A DNA stretch of 64,000 nt from an uncultured beta proteobacterium (lineage in GTDB: Bacteria > Pseudomonadota > Gammaproteobacteria > Burkholderiales > Rhodocyclaceae), in the NCBI GenBank assembly GCA_903908065.1, contig CAIVQO010000081.1:18954-82953 (forward strand). Direction: 5' to 3'. The notes under the pieces are model-generated. The model saw only the letters and a list, made by a program, of their open reading frames with translations, was not told the origin of the DNA and made no database searches. Of the stretch, positions 17,499 to 30,777 are shown piece after piece. Made by a program: the position numbers and the translations under genes. How positions within the stretch are numbered: the first letter of the stretch is position 1; every line of letters starts with the position of its first letter.

Positions 17499-18974
17499 TC
17501 AAAGCTTGCTCACAGCAACGTGCTTGAGCAGGTTATCCACCGAGGCGTGCATCACTTCGGTGAAGGGGAAGGGATACAGGCCCATGCCCAGGACGCAGAG
17601 CGCCAACAAGGCCAGGAACAGGAATTCGCGACCGCTGATGTCCTGCATTTCGGCCACGTGATGGTTGCCGACCGGACCATAAACCACGCGCTTGATCATC
17701 CACAGCGTGTAGGCTGCCCCAAGAATCAGCGTCGTTGCGGCGAGGAAGCCCAGCCAGAAATTGGCCTTGATGGCACCCAGGATGACCATGAACTCGCCCA
17801 CGAAACCGGACGTGGCCGGCAAGCCGGAATTGGCCATGGCGAAGAAGACAAACAGGGCGGCGAACTTCGGCATGGTGTGCACCACGCCACCGTAGTCGGC
17901 GATCTGGCGCGAATGGACACGGTCGTACATGACGCCAACGCAGAGGAACATCGCGCCGGAAACGAAGCCGTGGGAAATCATCTGCACCAGGGCGCCTTCA
18001 ATGCCTAGCTGGTTGAAGATGAAGAAACCGAGTGTGACGAAACCCATGTGGGAGATCGACGAATAGGCGATCAGCTTCTTCATGTCGGTCTGCACCAGGG
18101 CGACGAAGCCGATATAGACCACGGCGATCAGCGACAGGGTGATCATGAAGTTGGCCATGTAGTGGGCGGCGTCGGGCACGATCGGCAGCGAGAACCGGAC
18201 GAAGCCGTAGGCGCCGAGCTTCAGGGCGATCGCCGCCAGGACCACCGAACCACCGGTGGGGGCCTCGACGTGGGCGTCGGGCAACCAGGTGTGCACCGGC
18301 CACATCGGAACCTTGACCGCGAAAGACACCAGGAAGGCGATGAAGATCAGGATCTGCGGCTTCATGCCGATCTGCAACTGTTGCCAGTCGAGGATGTTGA
18401 AGCTGCCACGTGACTCGAGGAAGAGCCAGAGCAGTGCAACCAGCATCAACAGCGAGCCGAGCAGCGTATAGAGGAAGAACTTGATTGCGGCATAGACACG
18501 GTTGGGACCGCCCCAGACACCAATGATGATGTACATCGGGATCAGGGATGCCTCGAAGAAGACGTAGAACAGGACGCCGTCCAGCGCGCTGAAAATGCCA
18601 TTCATGAGGCCCGACATGACGAGGAAGGCACCCATGTACTGGGCCTGCTTTTCCTCGATCACTTCCCAGCCGGCCAGCACCACCATCACGGTAATGAAGG
18701 CATTGAGGAGGATGAAGGGCATCGAAATGCCGTCCACCCCGAGGAAGTACTGCACGTTGAAGCGGGGAATCCAGGGTGCTTGCTCGACAAACTGCATACC
18801 GGCGATCTTGGGATCGAAACCGGTATAAAGTGGGATCGTTACCAAGAAGCCGGCAACGGCCACGGCCAATGCCAGCCAGCGAACCAGGCAACGACGATCG
18901 GAGCCGGCCCAGAACACCGGCAATGCCCCCAGGATGGGGACCCAGATTGCAAGACTCAGGAGTTGCTGGTTCAT
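17499..18974 (-). CDS. nuoM: NADH-quinone oxidoreductase subunit M
   Basis: ORF 17499..18974. Antiporter-like subunit ([18 protein letters not shown]), in operon order. Confidence 0.97.
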   Translation of the reverse strand: MNQQLLSLAIWVPILGALPVFWAGSDRRCLVRWLALAVAVAGFLVTIPLYTGFDPKIAGMQFVEQAPWIPRFNVQYFLGVDGISMPFILLNAFITVMVVLAGWEVIEEKQAQYMGAFLVMSGLMNGIFSALDGVLFYVFFEASLIPMYIIIGVWGGPNRVYAAIKFFLYTLLGSLLMLVALLWLFLESRGSFNILDWQQLQIGMKPQILIFIAFLVSFAVKVPMWPVHTWLPDAHVEAPTGGSVVLAAIALKLGAYGFVRFSLPIVPDAAHYMANFMITLSLIAVVYIGFVALVQTDMKKLIAYSSISHMGFVTLGFFIFNQLGIEGALVQMISHGFVSGAMFLCVGVMYDRVHSRQIADYGGVVHTMPKFAALFVFFAMANSGLPATSGFVGEFMVILGAIKANFWLGFLAATTLILGAAYTLWMIKRVVYGPVGNHHVAEMQDISGREFLFLALLALCVLGMGLYPFPFTEVMHASVDNLLKHVAVSKL

Positions 18975-19010
18975 CTGTTTATCATTCCATCGGGCCGCAG
19001 CGGATGTGCG

Positions 19011-21050
19011 TCAGGCCCTCCAAAGCGACAGGAAGGCAACCACGCCGAAGAGCATGGCCAAGGCGTAACGATAGATGCGGCCGGACTGGATCATTCCGGT
19101 CAGTCCGGCAAACCAGCCAACCGCACCGGCCGAACCGTTGACCATGACGCCGTCGATCAGCACCTGATCGCCCGCCTTCCACAAACCACGCCCGACACCG
19201 CGCGCACCACCGGCGAAGAACCAGTCATTGAAGCGGTCGAGGCCGTACTTTTCTTCGAGAATCATGGCCGGGAAGGCAAGCTTCTGCTTGATCACGGCCG
19301 GCAAATCAGGCCGCACGATGTACAGGTACCAGGCCGTGGCCGCACCGGAAATCGCCAGCCAGAACGGCAGGGTCATGACGCCATGCGACATCATGCCGAA
19401 GATGCCGTGGAACTCATGTGCCATGGTCGCCATTGCCTTGTGCGTGTCGGCAATGCTGATGGCGCTGCCAAACCAGTTACCGTACAGCACGGTGCCAATC
19501 AGCCAGCCCGAGGCGATCGCCGGAATCGACAGCAGGATCAAGGGCACGGTGACAACCTTGGGCGACTCATGCGGCTCGACCGGTCCGTGGTGGCCATGGT
19601 CGTCATGAGCATCGTGGTGGGCGTCATGGCCGTGGCCATGGTCGCCATGATGTTCGGCGGCATGACGGAAGCGCTCGTCACCGTGGAAGGTAAAGAAAAT
19701 CAGGCGGAAGGAATACAGGCCACCGACGAACACCGCCGCCAGGGCGCAGAAATAGGCGAACCCGGCAAAGGGCACGTTGGCCAGATGCACTGCCTCGATG
19801 ATCGAATCCTTGGAGAAGAAGCCGGCAAAAGGCGGCAGGCCGGCATTGGCGATGGCGCCGATCAGCATGGTGAAATAGGTAATCGGCATGTACTTGCGCA
19901 AGCCGCCCATCTTGCGCATGTCCTGCTCATGATGCATGGCGATGATCACCGAGCCGGCGCCAAGGAAGAGCACCGCCTTGAAGAAGGCGTGGGTCATCAG
20001 GTGGAAGATCGCCACTGAGTAAGCCGAGGCACCCAGTGCCATGGTCATGTAACCAAGCTGGGACAGCGTCGAGTAGGCCACCACGCGTTTGACGTCGGTC
20101 TGCACGATCGCGATCAGCGCCATGAACAGGGTGGTGATCGCACCGACCAGAATCACGAGGGATAGCGCAGTGTCGGAGAGTTCGAACAGGGGCGACATGC
20201 GGGACACCATGAAGATGCCCGCCGTAACCATCGTTGCGGCATGGATCAGGGCGGAGATCGGGGTCGGGCCCTCCATCGAGTCGGGCAGCCAGACATGCAG
20301 CGGGAACTGCGCCGACTTGCCCATGGCGCCAATGAACAGGCAAATGCAGACGGCGGTGATCAGCGGCCAGCCGGTGACGGCCTCGGTCATGGTCGCCAGC
20401 TCCTTGGCCTTGCCGAATACGGTGACGTAGTCGAGGCTGCCGGCATACGCGGCGATAAGGCCAATACCCAGCAGGAAGCCGAAGTCGCCGACACGATTCA
20501 CGAGGAACGCCTTGAGGTTGGCGTAGATGGCGGTCTCGCGTACCGACCAGAAGCCGATCAGCAGGTAGGAGACAAGGCCCACGGCCTCCCAGCCGAAAAA
20601 CAGTTGCACGAAGTTGTTGCTCATCACGAGCATCAGCATCGAGAAGGTGAAGAGCGAGATGTAACTGAAAAAGCGCTGGTAGCTGTTGGTGCCAGCCTTG
20701 CTGCCTTCCGGCCAGTTGTCCTCGTCGTGGGCCATGTAGCCGATGGTGTAGATGTGAACCATCAGGGAGACAAAGGTGACGACCAGCATCATCAGGACGG
20801 TTAGCTGGTCGATCATGAAGCCCACTTCGAGCTTGAGACCGCCCGATTCCATCCACTGGTAAACGGTGCCGTTGAAGGTATGGCCGGCCTGCACATCCTG
20901 AAAGATGATCACAGACAGAATGAAGGAAATTGCCACACCGAGCGAGGTGACGGTATGCGCCCCGGCACGGCCGAGCACATTGGCGAAGAGTCCGGCCAGG
21001 ATGGAGCCGACCAGCGGAGCCAGGGGAACGAGTAGATAGATGGTCTTCAT
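19011..21050 (-). CDS. nuoL: NADH-quinone oxidoreductase subunit L
   Basis: ORF 19011..21050, 679 aa. Motifs [18 protein letters not shown] and [24 protein letters not shown]. Confidence 0.97.
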   Translation of the reverse strand: MKTIYLLVPLAPLVGSILAGLFANVLGRAGAHTVTSLGVAISFILSVIIFQDVQAGHTFNGTVYQWMESGGLKLEVGFMIDQLTVLMMLVVTFVSLMVHIYTIGYMAHDEDNWPEGSKAGTNSYQRFFSYISLFTFSMLMLVMSNNFVQLFFGWEAVGLVSYLLIGFWSVRETAIYANLKAFLVNRVGDFGFLLGIGLIAAYAGSLDYVTVFGKAKELATMTEAVTGWPLITAVCICLFIGAMGKSAQFPLHVWLPDSMEGPTPISALIHAATMVTAGIFMVSRMSPLFELSDTALSLVILVGAITTLFMALIAIVQTDVKRVVAYSTLSQLGYMTMALGASAYSVAIFHLMTHAFFKAVLFLGAGSVIIAMHHEQDMRKMGGLRKYMPITYFTMLIGAIANAGLPPFAGFFSKDSIIEAVHLANVPFAGFAYFCALAAVFVGGLYSFRLIFFTFHGDERFRHAAEHHGDHGHGHDAHHDAHDDHGHHGPVEPHESPKVVTVPLILLSIPAIASGWLIGTVLYGNWFGSAISIADTHKAMATMAHEFHGIFGMMSHGVMTLPFWLAISGAATAWYLYIVRPDLPAVIKQKLAFPAMILEEKYGLDRFNDWFFAGGARGVGRGLWKAGDQVLIDGVMVNGSAGAVGWFAGLTGMIQSGRIYRYALAMLFGVVAFLSLWRA

Positions 21051-21063
21051 GCCCTTATGCCCC

Positions 21064-21369
21064 TTAGCCCTTCAGGCTGTCGAGGTCTTCGACATCGATC
21101 GATGACAAGTTACGGAACAGCACGACCAGGATAGCCAGGCCGATGCCTGATTCGGCAGCCGCCACGACCAGGATGAAGAAGACGAAGAGTTGGCCGGACA
21201 GGTCGTTCAGGTAATGCGAGAAGGCAACGAAATTGAGGTTTACCGCAAGGAGCATCAATTCGATGGCCATCAGCAGGACGATCAGGTTCTTCCGGTTGAG
21301 GAAGATGCCAATCACGCTGATGACGAACAGGATCGCCGCCAGGATCAGGTAATGCGAGAGCGGGATCAT
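21064..21369 (-). CDS. nuoK: NADH-quinone oxidoreductase subunit K
   Basis: ORF 21064..21369, 101 aa, three helices, in operon order. Confidence 0.97.
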   Translation of the reverse strand: MIPLSHYLILAAILFVISVIGIFLNRKNLIVLLMAIELMLLAVNLNFVAFSHYLNDLSGQLFVFFILVVAAAESGIGLAILVVLFRNLSSIDVEDLDSLKG

Positions 21370-21998
21370 GCCTTGTCTCCTTCCTTGGCGGATGCCGGCA
21401 ACTCGACCTCGGGTGCCATCTTGACGAGGCGCATGCGATCCTTCGCCTTGACCGCGATCTGGTCTGAAGAGTGCATCGCCTTGTTGTCCTTGCGCTTGCG
21501 CAAGGTCAGCATGACGGCAACGATGATGGCCACCAGCAGAATCACCGAAGCAATTTCAAAGGGGTAGGCAAAATCGGTGAAGAGAACTCGTGCCAGTTCC
21601 TTGGTGTTGCTGTAGTTGGCCGGCAGATTCTGCGGCGGCAGATTGGCCAGGCCAAAGTAACGACCCGACAGCACCACGGCCATTTCGGCGGCAAGCAGTC
21701 CGCCCACCAGAATGCCCAAGGGGAGGTTGCTCCAGAAACCGGCACGCACCCGTTCGATATTGATGTCCAGCATCATCACGACAAACAGGAAGAGCACCAT
21801 GACGGCGCCGACATAAACCATGACCAAGGCCAGCGAAAGGAATTCGGCCTGCAACAGCATCCACAAGCCGGCGACGTTGAAGAAGGCAAGAACCAGGAAC
21901 AGTACGGCATGCACAGGGTTGCGGGCGGTGATCACGCGCAAGGCGGCCAGGACCGTGATGGTCGAGAAGAGATAAAAAAGTATGGTCTTGAATTCCAT
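21366..21998 (-). CDS. nuoJ: NADH-quinone oxidoreductase subunit J
   Basis: ORF 21366..21998. The stop overlaps the nuoK start. Confidence 0.95.
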   Translation of the reverse strand: MEFKTILFYLFSTITVLAALRVITARNPVHAVLFLVLAFFNVAGLWMLLQAEFLSLALVMVYVGAVMVLFLFVVMMLDINIERVRAGFWSNLPLGILVGGLLAAEMAVVLSGRYFGLANLPPQNLPANYSNTKELARVLFTDFAYPFEIASVILLVAIIVAVMLTLRKRKDNKAMHSSDQIAVKAKDRMRLVKMAPEVELPASAKEGDKA

Positions 21999-22015
21999 GG
22001 CCGGTTTAGCGTGGC

Positions 22016-22501
22016 TTAGCGGTAAGGCGCATCCTGCGCGCGGTCAGCGGCAATCTGGGCTTCGTTCTTGTCACCCACGGCCAGCAGCATCTGCTTGGTG
22101 TAATACAGATCACCGCGCGCCTCGCCGTGGTACTCAAAAATGCGGGTTTGCACGATGGCGTCGACCGGACAGGCCTCCTCGCAGAAGCCGCAGAAGATGC
22201 ATTTGGTCAGATCGATGTCGTAGCGCGTGGTACGGCGACTGCCATCGGCGCGCTCGGCGGATTCGATGGTGATCGCCATCGCCGGACACACCGCCTCGCA
22301 CAGCTTGCAGGCAATGCAGCGTTCCTCCCCGTTGGGGTAGCGGCGCAGCGCATGCAGGCCACGGAAACGATTGCTTTGTGGCGTCTTCTCTTCAGGATAC
22401 TGGACGGTGATCTTGCGCGCGAACATGTAGCGCCCGGTCACGGCCATGCCCTTGAAAAGTTCCTTGAGGAACAGGCTGCCGATGAAGTCTTTTGCACCCA
22501 T
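22016..22501 (-). CDS. nuoI: NADH-quinone oxidoreductase subunit I (2x 4Fe-4S)
   Basis: ORF 22016..22603 trimmed to ATG 22501 ([18 protein letters not shown]). Motifs [12 protein letters not shown] and [12 protein letters not shown]. Confidence 0.95.
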   Translation of the reverse strand: MGAKDFIGSLFLKELFKGMAVTGRYMFARKITVQYPEEKTPQSNRFRGLHALRRYPNGEERCIACKLCEAVCPAMAITIESAERADGSRRTTRYDIDLTKCIFCGFCEEACPVDAIVQTRIFEYHGEARGDLYYTKQMLLAVGDKNEAQIAADRAQDAPYR

Positions 22502-22518
22502 GGTGGTCTCTCCTCGCC

Positions 22519-23592
22519 TTACTTCCAGATCGACAGCGGCGACATCATCCAGACGCCGACAACGAGGATCCAGACCAGCGTCAGCGGCACGAAGACCTTC
22601 CAACCCAGACGCATCAACTGATCGTAGCGGTAGCGCGGGAAGGTGGCGCGTATCCAGAGGAAGAAGAACAGGATCGCGGACATCTTGGCCGCCATCCAGT
22701 GGAAACCGTCCGGAATGAAGGCCACGGGGGAAAGCCAGCCACCGAGGAAGAAGATCGAGGTCATCGCCGAGATCAGGATCATGTTGGCGTATTCGGCAAG
22801 GAAGAACATCGCGAACGCCATGCCCGAATATTCGACCATGTGACCGGCGACAATTTCCGACTCGCCTTCGACCACGTCAAACGGCGCACGGTTTGTTTCC
22901 GCAACACCCGAGATCAAGTACACCCCGAACATCGGCAGCAGCGGCAGCCAGTTCCACGACATAAAATCGAGGCCGTAGCTCGCAAAGCGCCCCTTGCTCT
23001 GCGCCATGACGATTTCGCTCAGGTTCAGGCTATTGGAGACCATCAGCACGCAAATCAATCCCAGGCCCATCGAAACTTCATACGAAATCATCTGGGCGGA
23101 AGCGCGCATGGCACCGAACATCGGGTATTTCGAGTTCGACGCCCAGCCGGCAATGATGATGCCGTACACACCGACGGAACTTACCGCCAGCAGGTAAAGC
23201 ACGCCGGCATCGATGTTCGCCAGGACCCACCCGGGGGAAAACGGGATTACCGCCCAGGCAGCGAGCGCAGGTGCAATGGCCATGATCGGACCGACCACGA
23301 ACAGCTTCTTGTCCGCCGCCGCCGGGAACAAGACTTCCTTAAGGAACAGCTTGAGACCGTCGGCAATCGGTTGCAGCAAGCCCCAAGGACCAACCCGGTT
23401 GGGGCCGATGCGTACCTGCATCCAGCCGATGACCTTCCGTTCCACGAACGTCAGGTAGGCGACCGACAGCAACAGGGGCGCCATGATCAGGACAATCTGC
23501 GCCAAGGTCCAAACCAGCGGCCAAACGGGCTTGACCGTCGGCCAGGCGGTGCCCAGCGCGCCTTGCAGGAAGGAGACGACCATCGCTTCCAT
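22519..23592 (-). CDS. nuoH: NADH-quinone oxidoreductase subunit H
   Basis: ORF 22519..23706 trimmed to ATG 23592 (MEAMVVSF...), which overlaps the nuoG TGA by 1 nt. Motif [25 protein letters not shown]. Confidence 0.95.
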   Translation of the reverse strand: MEAMVVSFLQGALGTAWPTVKPVWPLVWTLAQIVLIMAPLLLSVAYLTFVERKVIGWMQVRIGPNRVGPWGLLQPIADGLKLFLKEVLFPAAADKKLFVVGPIMAIAPALAAWAVIPFSPGWVLANIDAGVLYLLAVSSVGVYGIIIAGWASNSKYPMFGAMRASAQMISYEVSMGLGLICVLMVSNSLNLSEIVMAQSKGRFASYGLDFMSWNWLPLLPMFGVYLISGVAETNRAPFDVVEGESEIVAGHMVEYSGMAFAMFFLAEYANMILISAMTSIFFLGGWLSPVAFIPDGFHWMAAKMSAILFFFLWIRATFPRYRYDQLMRLGWKVFVPLTLVWILVVGVWMMSPLSIWK

Positions 23593-25925
23593 CACGCCTT
23601 CTCCACGGTGAGGTTGGCGAACATTGCGCCCAGGCCGATGGTATCGGCATGCGCCACCGCGATGCGCACCACGTTGTCGGGCAATCCATTGTCGAGGCTG
23701 GCGCACAAGCGGATCGCCGTGTCGCCAGCGCCGACTTTTACCGCATCGCCAGCCGCCAAGCCCGATTTCGCCAGTGTCGCGGCATTCATGCGCGCCGACG
23801 GAGCCGCAGAATCCGCAGCCTGTTGCAGCGCCGGCGAGCGGCGTACCAGCGGGTCGGCGAAATGGATCGGCACATCGGCGACGCGCTCGAGCTTTCCGGA
23901 TCCGTCGCCAATCGAAAGCGCAACGCCCTCGATACCATTGCTCATACCGGCCGCGAACTCGCGCTTGCCACCCAGGGCTTCATTGCGCACGTCTTCAGAA
24001 CTGTTGTAGTCGAAGCCGGACAGTTCCAGCAAATTGCCCAGCACCCGCAGAACCTTCCATGCCGGACGCGTTTCGCCCAGGGGCTTTGCGGCGGCATAGA
24101 AACTTTGCACACGGCCTTCGGTATTGACGAAGGTGCCGGACGTTTCGGTAAAGGGGGCACTGGGCAGCAGCACGGCCGCGTAATCCAGCATGGCCGGCGT
24201 CTTGAACGGTGTCAGCACCACGGTAACTGCTGCTTTGGCCAAAGCGGCGAGCGCCTGGGCGCCATTGGCGGCATCGAGTTCCGGTTCCGTTCCAACCACG
24301 ACATAGGCCTGCAGCGGCGTCTTGATCATGGCGGCTGCGTTGAGGCCACCATTGCCGGGTACCGCCTTGGCCACATAGCCACCGACACTGTTGGCGGCCT
24401 CGCCGAGGAAACCCGACCGGCCACCCAAGGTGGTGGCGATCAGGCGGCCCAGCGCATGCAGTGTGGCAGCCTGTGGATGCTGCTGCGCGAAGTTGCCAAG
24501 CAATACGGCGGAATTGCTGCCGGAGACGAGGCTATCCGCAATGGCCTGGGCATCCGGCGTAACCGCTACGGCAGAGAGGTCCGACGGCACGGCGGCGCCC
24601 TTGGCGGCACACACCGCCTTCGCCACCTGCGCCAGCAGTGCCGGCAACTGCGAAGGTGCGGCAATCGCGCGTGCGGTGACATTGATCAGCAAGTCGTCAT
24701 TCGCACTGTGCAAGATGCTGACTTGTGTGCCTTTCTTGGCCGATTGGCGTAGGCGCTGCGCAATCAACGGATGATCCTTGCGCAGGAAGGAGCCGACCAC
24801 CAGCACGCGGTCGAGCGCACTGACATCGGCAAGCTTCATACCCAGCGAGGGTATGCCAGCACGCTTTCCGTCAGCAGAGAAATCGCTGTGCCGCAGGCGG
24901 AAATCGACGTTTTCGCTACCCAGGCCGCGCAGCAACTTTTGCGCCAGGAAGAGCTCTTCCAGCGTTGCGTGAGGGCTCAGCAGCCCGCCGATCGCGGCCC
25001 CACCGTGATTCTTGGCGACATCGCGCAGGGCATGGGCGGCATAGTCGAGCGCGACATTCCAGTCGACCTCTTTCCACTCTCCGCCCTGCTTCACCATCGG
25101 CTTGGTCAGCCGATCGGCCGAGTTCAGGCCCTGGTAGGAGAAACGCTCCTTGTCGGAAATCCAGCACTCGTTGATCGCCTCGTTCTCCAGCGGCAACACG
25201 CGCATCACCTTGTCATGCTTGGTCTGCACAATCAGGTTGCTGCCGAGGGCATCATGCGGACTCACCGACTTGCGCCGCGAAAGCTCCCAGGTACGGGCCG
25301 AAAAACGGAACGGCTTGGAGGTCAGCGCGCCGACCGGGCACAGATCGATGATGTTGCCGGACAACTCGGTATTCACCGTTTTGCCGATGAAGGGCATGAC
25401 CTCGGCGCGTTCGCCTCGATAGGACTGGCCGAGTTCCATGAATCCGGCGATTTCGGCGGTGAAGCGGACGCAACGCGTACAGTTGATACAGCGGGTCATG
25501 TCGGTCGACACCAGCGGACCGAGATCCTTGTCGGGAACGACGCGCTTTTCTTCCTCGTACTTCGATGCGGAATCCCCGTAACCGACGGCAAGATCCTGCA
25601 ACTGGCATTCGCCGCCCTGGTCGCAGATCGGGCAGTCCAGCGGATGGTTGATCAGCAGGAATTCCATCACCGCTTTCTGCGCCTTGACCGCCAGCTCGGA
25701 ATGGGTGAACACCTTCATGCCGTTGGTGACGATGGTGGCACAGGCCGGCATCGGCTTCGGCGCCTTTTCCACCTGCACCAGGCACATGCGGCAGTTGGCC
25801 GCGATGGACAGTTTCTTGTGGTAACAGAAATGCGGAATGTAGGTGCCCAGTTTGTGGGCTGCCTCGATGACGGTGCTGCCATCCTCGACCTGTAAGGTCT
25901 TGCCGTCGATCTCGATCTCGACCAT
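23592..25925 (-). CDS. nuoG: NADH-quinone oxidoreductase subunit G
   Basis: ORF 23592..26078 trimmed to ATG 25925 ([23 protein letters not shown]), with a TAATG overlap with nuoF. Motifs [19 protein letters not shown] and [10 protein letters not shown]. Confidence 0.95.
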   Translation of the reverse strand: MVEIEIDGKTLQVEDGSTVIEAAHKLGTYIPHFCYHKKLSIAANCRMCLVQVEKAPKPMPACATIVTNGMKVFTHSELAVKAQKAVMEFLLINHPLDCPICDQGGECQLQDLAVGYGDSASKYEEEKRVVPDKDLGPLVSTDMTRCINCTRCVRFTAEIAGFMELGQSYRGERAEVMPFIGKTVNTELSGNIIDLCPVGALTSKPFRFSARTWELSRRKSVSPHDALGSNLIVQTKHDKVMRVLPLENEAINECWISDKERFSYQGLNSADRLTKPMVKQGGEWKEVDWNVALDYAAHALRDVAKNHGGAAIGGLLSPHATLEELFLAQKLLRGLGSENVDFRLRHSDFSADGKRAGIPSLGMKLADVSALDRVLVVGSFLRKDHPLIAQRLRQSAKKGTQVSILHSANDDLLINVTARAIAAPSQLPALLAQVAKAVCAAKGAAVPSDLSAVAVTPDAQAIADSLVSGSNSAVLLGNFAQQHPQAATLHALGRLIATTLGGRSGFLGEAANSVGGYVAKAVPGNGGLNAAAMIKTPLQAYVVVGTEPELDAANGAQALAALAKAAVTVVLTPFKTPAMLDYAAVLLPSAPFTETSGTFVNTEGRVQSFYAAAKPLGETRPAWKVLRVLGNLLELSGFDYNSSEDVRNEALGGKREFAAGMSNGIEGVALSIGDGSGKLERVADVPIHFADPLVRRSPALQQAADSAAPSARMNAATLAKSGLAAGDAVKVGAGDTAIRLCASLDNGLPDNVVRIAVAHADTIGLGAMFANLTVEKA

Positions 25926-27256
25926 TACACCGCCCCTGCCTTGAAAAAGCCGCTGCCCATCCGTTGGGTTTCCGGATCGACCAGACACTTCTTGTTCTCG
26001 ATGTGGTACTCGAACTCGCTCTTGAAATGCTTGATGAAGCTGCGCACCGGGAAAGCGGCCGCGTCGGCAAGCGCACAAATGGTCTTGCCCATCATGTTGT
26101 CGGTAACCCGATTCAGCAGATCGAGGTCTTCCGGACGCCCCTCACCGTGCTCGATGCGATGCACGACACGGTAAAGCCAGCCGCTGCCTTCGCGACAGGG
26201 CGTGCATTGACCGCAGGACTCTTCATAGTAGAAGTAGGACAGGCGCTCCAGCGCTTTGACCATGCAAACGGTTTCGTCCATCACGATGACCGCACCGGAG
26301 CCAAGCATCGAGCCGGCCTTGGCAATCGAGTCGTAATCCATGGTGCATTCCATCATGATCTCGGCCGGCAAGACCGGGGCCGACGATCCGCCCGGGATCA
26401 CTGCCTTGAGCTTGCGCCCGCCGCGCATGCCGCCCGCCATTTCCAGCAGCTTCGAAAACGGCGTGCCCATCGGCACCTCGAAGTTGCCCGGACGATTGAC
26501 GTGGCCGGAGACGGAAAATAGCTTGGTGCCACCGTTGTTGGGTTTGCCGAGGTTCAGGTAGGCCTCGCCGCCCATGCCGAGGATGAAGGGAATCGCAGCG
26601 AAGGTTTCGGTGTTGTTGATCGTGGTCGGCTTGCCATAAAGGCCGAAGTTCGCCGGAAAGGGCGGCTTGTAGCGCGGCTGCCCCTTCTTGCCCTCGATGG
26701 ATTCGAGCAGGCCCGTTTCCTCGCCGCAAATGTAGGCGCCCCAGCCGTGGTGGGCAAAGAGGTCGAAACTGAATTCGGAACCGAGAACGTTGTTGCCAAG
26801 GTAGCCAGCGGCCCGTGCTTGGTCGAGTGCTTCCTCGAAGCGCTGGTAGGTTTCGAAGATTTCGCCGTGGATGTAGTTGTAGCCGGCCTTGGCGCCCACC
26901 GCGTAACCGGCGATGATCATGCCCTCGATCACGGCATGCGGATCGAAACGCATCAGGTCACGATCCTTGAATGTGCCCGGCTCGCCCTCGTCGGTGTTGC
27001 AAACGACGTATTTCACCGGGGCAGCCTTGGGCATGAAACTCCACTTGAGGCCGGTCGGGAAGCCCGCGCCGCCGCGGCCGCGCAGCACGGACTTCTTGAC
27101 CTCAGCGATCAGGTCATCCTGCGTCATCTTGCTTTCGAGCACGCGACGCAGTTGCCTGTAGCCGCCGCGCGCCTCGTATTCCTTGATTCCCCAGCCGGCG
27201 TCGCCCTTGGCCCAGCCAGTGGTCAGCAGCGGATTGATGGTGTCGATCAGGGCCAT
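25925..27256 (-). CDS. nuoF: NADH-quinone oxidoreductase subunit F
   Basis: ORF 25925..27256. Motifs [13 protein letters not shown] and [12 protein letters not shown]. Confidence 0.97.
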   Translation of the reverse strand: MALIDTINPLLTTGWAKGDAGWGIKEYEARGGYRQLRRVLESKMTQDDLIAEVKKSVLRGRGGAGFPTGLKWSFMPKAAPVKYVVCNTDEGEPGTFKDRDLMRFDPHAVIEGMIIAGYAVGAKAGYNYIHGEIFETYQRFEEALDQARAAGYLGNNVLGSEFSFDLFAHHGWGAYICGEETGLLESIEGKKGQPRYKPPFPANFGLYGKPTTINNTETFAAIPFILGMGGEAYLNLGKPNNGGTKLFSVSGHVNRPGNFEVPMGTPFSKLLEMAGGMRGGRKLKAVIPGGSSAPVLPAEIMMECTMDYDSIAKAGSMLGSGAVIVMDETVCMVKALERLSYFYYEESCGQCTPCREGSGWLYRVVHRIEHGEGRPEDLDLLNRVTDNMMGKTICALADAAAFPVRSFIKHFKSEFEYHIENKKCLVDPETQRMGSGFFKAGAV

Positions 27257-27257
27257 C

Positions 27258-27749
27258 TTATTTGCACTCCGCCAGCAGCTTGTCGATCTGCTCGGGCAGC
27301 ATGAAGCTGCACATGCGCTTGTTGTTCACCAGCATCACCGGAGCATCGCCGCAGGCGCCCATGCATTCACCCTCCTTGAGCGTGAATTTGCCGTCGGCCG
27401 TGGTCTCGTTGAAGTCGATGCCGAGCTTGGTCTTGACATACTCGGCCGCATGCACGCCACCCGACAACGCGCAAGGCAAGTTGGTGCAGACCGTGATCTT
27501 GTACTTGCCGACCGGCTGCAAGTCGTACATGTTGTAGAAGCTTGCCACCTCGTAGGCTGCCATTGGCGCCATGCCGAGATACTCCGCAACAGCGGCTATG
27601 GTTTCCTTCGGCAGCCAGCCCTTTTCGTCCTGGGCAATCACCAGCGCCGCCATCACCGCCGACTGCTTCTGCTCGGCTGGGTATTTGGCTACTTCGCGGT
27701 CAATCCTGCGCAGCGCCTCGGGACTCAATTGTGCGTTGTCGTTATTCAT
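27258..27749 (-). CDS. nuoE: NADH-quinone oxidoreductase subunit E
   Basis: ORF 27258..28118 trimmed to ATG 27749 ([13 protein letters not shown]). Motifs [10 protein letters not shown] and [11 protein letters not shown]. Confidence 0.95.
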   Translation of the reverse strand: MNNDNAQLSPEALRRIDREVAKYPAEQKQSAVMAALVIAQDEKGWLPKETIAAVAEYLGMAPMAAYEVASFYNMYDLQPVGKYKITVCTNLPCALSGGVHAAEYVKTKLGIDFNETTADGKFTLKEGECMGACGDAPVMLVNNKRMCSFMLPEQIDKLLAECK

Positions 27750-27757
27750 TCGACGGT

Positions 27758-29011
27758 CTATCTGTCTACGTCGCCAAGAACCAAATCGATGGTGCCGATC
27801 ACGGCGGTGGCATCGGCCAACATGTGCCCACGGCACATTTCGTCGGTCGCGGCCAGATGCGGAATTCCCGCCGTGTGCAGCTTGATGCGGTAGGGCTTGT
27901 TGGCACCGTCCGAAACGGCCCAAACTGCCATCTCGCCCTTTGGGTGCTCGATCGCTGCATACACTTCGCCTGGAGGAACGTGCATGCCCTCGGTGAACAG
28001 CTTGAAGTGATGGATCAGCTCTTCCATGCTGCCCTTCATCTTTTCGCGGCGGGGTGGCGCCACCTTGTGGTCGTCGCTGATCACGGGACCGGGATTCTTG
28101 CGCAGCCAATCGATACACTGCTTGATGATGCGATTCGATTGCGCCATTTCTTCCATGCGCACCAGGTAGCGATCATAGGTATCGCCATTCACGCCCACCG
28201 GGATATCGAAATCAAGGCGGTCATACACCTCGTAGGGCTGCTTCTTGCGCAGATCCCATTCGATGCCCGAACCACGCAACATGGCGCCGCTGAAGCCAAG
28301 TTGCAGGGCACGTTCGGGGCTGATGACGCCGATGCCGACAGTGCGCTGCTTCCAGATCCGGTTGTCGGTCAAGAGCGTGTGGTATTCCTCGAGCAGGATC
28401 GGGAAGCGATTGGTGAAATCTTCCAGGAAATCGAGCAGCGTACCGTTGCGCGCCTCGTTCAGTTCCTTCACCGTCTGCGCGTTCTTGAAGCGGTTCTCCT
28501 GATACTTCGGCATCTGGTCCGGCAGATCACGGTACACACCGCCGGGCCGATAGTAGGCCTGATGCATGCGAATGCCGCAGGTGGCTTCGAACACGTCGAA
28601 CAAGTCCTCGCGCTCGCGGAAGGTGTACAGCACCATGGTCATGGCGCCGATATCGAGTGCATGGGTGCCGATGTTCAGCAGGTGGTTCTTGATCCGCGCA
28701 ATCTCGTCGTACATGACGCGGATGTACTGGGCGCGGATCGGCACTTCGACGCCAAGCAGCCGCTCAACCGCGAGGCAATAGGCGTGCTCGCTGGGCAGCA
28801 TTGAGGTGTAATCGAGGCGATCCAGGTAAGGCAGGGTTTGCAGCCAGGTGCGGGTCTCGGCAAGCTTTTCCGTGCCGCGATGCAGAAGTCCGATATGCGG
28901 GTCGGCCCGGACGATGACTTCGCCATCGAGTTCCAGCACCAGGCGCAGTACGCCGTGTGCCGCCGGATGTTGCGGACCGAAGTTGAGGGTGTAATTCCTG
29001 ACGTCAGCCAC
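27758..29011 (-). CDS. nuoD: NADH-quinone oxidoreductase subunit D
   Basis: ORF 27758..29038. I prefer GTG 29011, which gives 417 aa with an 8-nt overlap with the nuoC stop. Motif [19 protein letters not shown]. Confidence 0.95.
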   Translation of the reverse strand: MADVRNYTLNFGPQHPAAHGVLRLVLELDGEVIVRADPHIGLLHRGTEKLAETRTWLQTLPYLDRLDYTSMLPSEHAYCLAVERLLGVEVPIRAQYIRVMYDEIARIKNHLLNIGTHALDIGAMTMVLYTFREREDLFDVFEATCGIRMHQAYYRPGGVYRDLPDQMPKYQENRFKNAQTVKELNEARNGTLLDFLEDFTNRFPILLEEYHTLLTDNRIWKQRTVGIGVISPERALQLGFSGAMLRGSGIEWDLRKKQPYEVYDRLDFDIPVGVNGDTYDRYLVRMEEMAQSNRIIKQCIDWLRKNPGPVISDDHKVAPPRREKMKGSMEELIHHFKLFTEGMHVPPGEVYAAIEHPKGEMAVWAVSDGANKPYRIKLHTAGIPHLAATDEMCRGHMLADATAVIGTIDLVLGDVDR

Positions 29012-29603
29012 GACCGCCCTTTCCGTAGTTTTCCTCACGCACGATGCGCGGCGTCACTTCGCGCGGCTCGATGGTCACGGGCTGATAAATCACGCGCTGC
29101 TGCTCCGGGTCATAGCGCATTTCGACATAGCCCGAGATCGGGAAGTCCTTGCGGAAGGGATGACCGACGAATCCGTAGTCGGTCAGGATGCGCCGCAGGT
29201 CGGGGTGACCTTCGAAATGGATTCCGAACAGGTCGAAGGCTTCACGTTCGTACCAGTTGGCAACGTTCCAGATATCGACCACCGATTCAAGCACCGGGAA
29301 TTCATCGTCGGTCGCAAACGCCTTGACCTGCAAACGCCAGTTGTGGGCCAGCGACAACAACTGGCTGACCGCCGCATAGCGCAAGCCCTGATACCCGGTG
29401 AAATCCGAATAGTCGATTCCGGAAAGGTCCATCAGTTGTTCGAAGCTGAAGGCCGGGTCATCACGCAACTGGCGCATCACTTCGAGATAGCTGGCCGCCG
29501 GAACAACCACGGTAACCTCACCGTGATTGATCGACGGTTCGCCGATGCGATCACCGAAGCTTTCCTTGAGTTGCCGGCAAAGCCGTTCCAGTTTGGCGCT
29601 CAT
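29004..29603 (-). CDS. nuoC: NADH-quinone oxidoreductase subunit C
   Basis: ORF 29004..29603, in operon order. Motif [19 protein letters not shown]. Confidence 0.97.
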   Translation of the reverse strand: MSAKLERLCRQLKESFGDRIGEPSINHGEVTVVVPAASYLEVMRQLRDDPAFSFEQLMDLSGIDYSDFTGYQGLRYAAVSQLLSLAHNWRLQVKAFATDDEFPVLESVVDIWNVANWYEREAFDLFGIHFEGHPDLRRILTDYGFVGHPFRKDFPISGYVEMRYDPEQQRVIYQPVTIEPREVTPRIVREENYGKGGRG

Positions 29604-29613
29604 GTCGGTCGAT

Positions 29614-30090
29614 TCAACGTGCGATGGTGGAGGTGCGACGAATCTTGCCCTGCAACTGGATCAGGCCATACAGCAGGGCCTCCGCCGTCGGAGGGCAACC
29701 CGGCACATAGACATCGACCGGGACGATGCGGTCACAACCACGCACCACGGAATAGGAATAGTGGTAGTAGCCGCCACCGTTGGCGCAGGAACCCATCGAG
29801 AGCACCCAGCGCGGCTCGGCCATCTGGTCATACACCTTGCGCAGGGCCGGGGCCATCTTGTTGGTCAGGGTGCCGGCGACGATCATCACGTCGGACTGGC
29901 GCGGACTCGGACGGAACACGATGCCGAAGCGATCGAGGTCGTAGCGCGAACAACCGGCATGGATCATCTCGATGGCGCAGCACGCCAGGCCAAACGTCAT
30001 CGGCCACATCGAACCGGTACGCGTCCAGTTGATGATCTTGTCCAGCGAAGTGGTAACGAAACCTTCCTGGAGAACGCCTTCGATACTCAT
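29614..30090 (-). CDS. nuoB: NADH-quinone oxidoreductase subunit B
   Basis: ORF 29614..30201 trimmed to ATG 30090 ([14 protein letters not shown]). Motifs GLACCAIEM and GCPP. Confidence 0.95.
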   Translation of the reverse strand: MSIEGVLQEGFVTTSLDKIINWTRTGSMWPMTFGLACCAIEMIHAGCSRYDLDRFGIVFRPSPRQSDVMIVAGTLTNKMAPALRKVYDQMAEPRWVLSMGSCANGGGYYHYSYSVVRGCDRIVPVDVYVPGCPPTAEALLYGLIQLQGKIRRTSTIAR

Positions 30091-30112
30091 GCGCAGATAT
30101 CCCTTGTCCCGT

Positions 30113-30487
30113 TCATTCCCAGTCCAGCGCACCCTTGGCCCACGCATACACGTAGCCGACCACCAGGATGCCGATGAACACGAACATTTCGACGAAGCCA
30201 AACATCCGCACCGAATCGGTGGCTACGATCTCCTTGAAGATCGCAGCCCACGGGAAAAGGAACGCGATTTCGAGATCGAACAGGATGAACAGGATGGCGA
30301 TCAGGTAATAACGCACATCGAACTTCATGCGCGCATCTTCGAAGGGAACAAAGCCGCATTCGAAGGCGGAGAGTTTTTCGCTGTCGGGTCGGTTGGGGGC
30401 AACAAGCCATCCGAGCAAAATCGGTACGCAGCCGAAGCCGAGGCCAACCAGGATGAAAACGAGGACGGGGAAGTAGTTATCCAGCAT
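30113..30487 (-). CDS. nuoA: NADH-quinone oxidoreductase subunit A
   Basis: ORF 30113..30487. Motifs KLSAFECGF and [16 protein letters not shown]. Confidence 0.97.
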   Translation of the reverse strand: MLDNYFPVLVFILVGLGFGCVPILLGWLVAPNRPDSEKLSAFECGFVPFEDARMKFDVRYYLIAILFILFDLEIAFLFPWAAIFKEIVATDSVRMFGFVEMFVFIGILVVGYVYAWAKGALDWE

Positions 30488-30595
30488 TTTTGTGGCGCGG
30501 CTACATGATCACTCGTTGTTGTTACCGGCCACCCGCAATGCGCTGCAAGAAAACCGATGCCAGACTGCTTTGGTACTTCTGCCCTGCTCAAAAAC

Positions 30596-30680
30596 TGGTG
30601 CCGACGGCGAGACTCGAACTCGCACAGCTTTCGCCACTACCCCCTCAAGATAGCGTGTCTACCAATTTCACCACGTCGGC
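30596..30680 (-). tRNA. tRNA-Leu, anticodon GAG, long variable arm, encoded CCA
   Basis: The reverse complement folds by eye as GCCGACG TG GTG AAATTGGTAGA CAC G CTATC TTGAGGG GGTAG TGGCGAAAGCTGT GCGAG TTCGAGT CTCGC CGTCGGC ACCA. The anticodon loop is TTGAGGG. Confidence 0.93.
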
Positions 30681-30707
30681 TTTTTTGCTACTGCACGAGC
30701 GGCTCGC

Positions 30708-30713
30708 ATTATA
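30708..30713 (-). promoter_or_regulatory. Candidate -10 hexamer TATAAT for the tRNA-Leu promoter
   Basis: The minus strand reads cagaTATAATgcgagccgc, about 28 nt upstream of the tRNA 5' end, followed by a GC-rich discriminator. The -35 element is poor. Confidence 0.35.
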
Positions 30714-30777
30714 TCTGATGGCATCGATTGATTCATGCGCCGCAGCAAAAAAATCTATGGCCCTTGAAGCCTGAAGT

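Noticed and set aside
15737-20018. Plus-strand ORFs 15737..17527 (596 aa) and 18780..20018 (412 aa), among others opposite nuoN/M/L
   Set aside because: The translations are dominated by H/Q/R/G/D and have no hydrophobic structure or motifs. They are antisense to clearly identifiable nuo genes.
22492-25895. Plus-strand ORFs 22492..24009, 23649..24752 and 24771..25895
   Set aside because: They are antisense shadows of nuoH and nuoG, and the minus frames contain the canonical complex I motifs.
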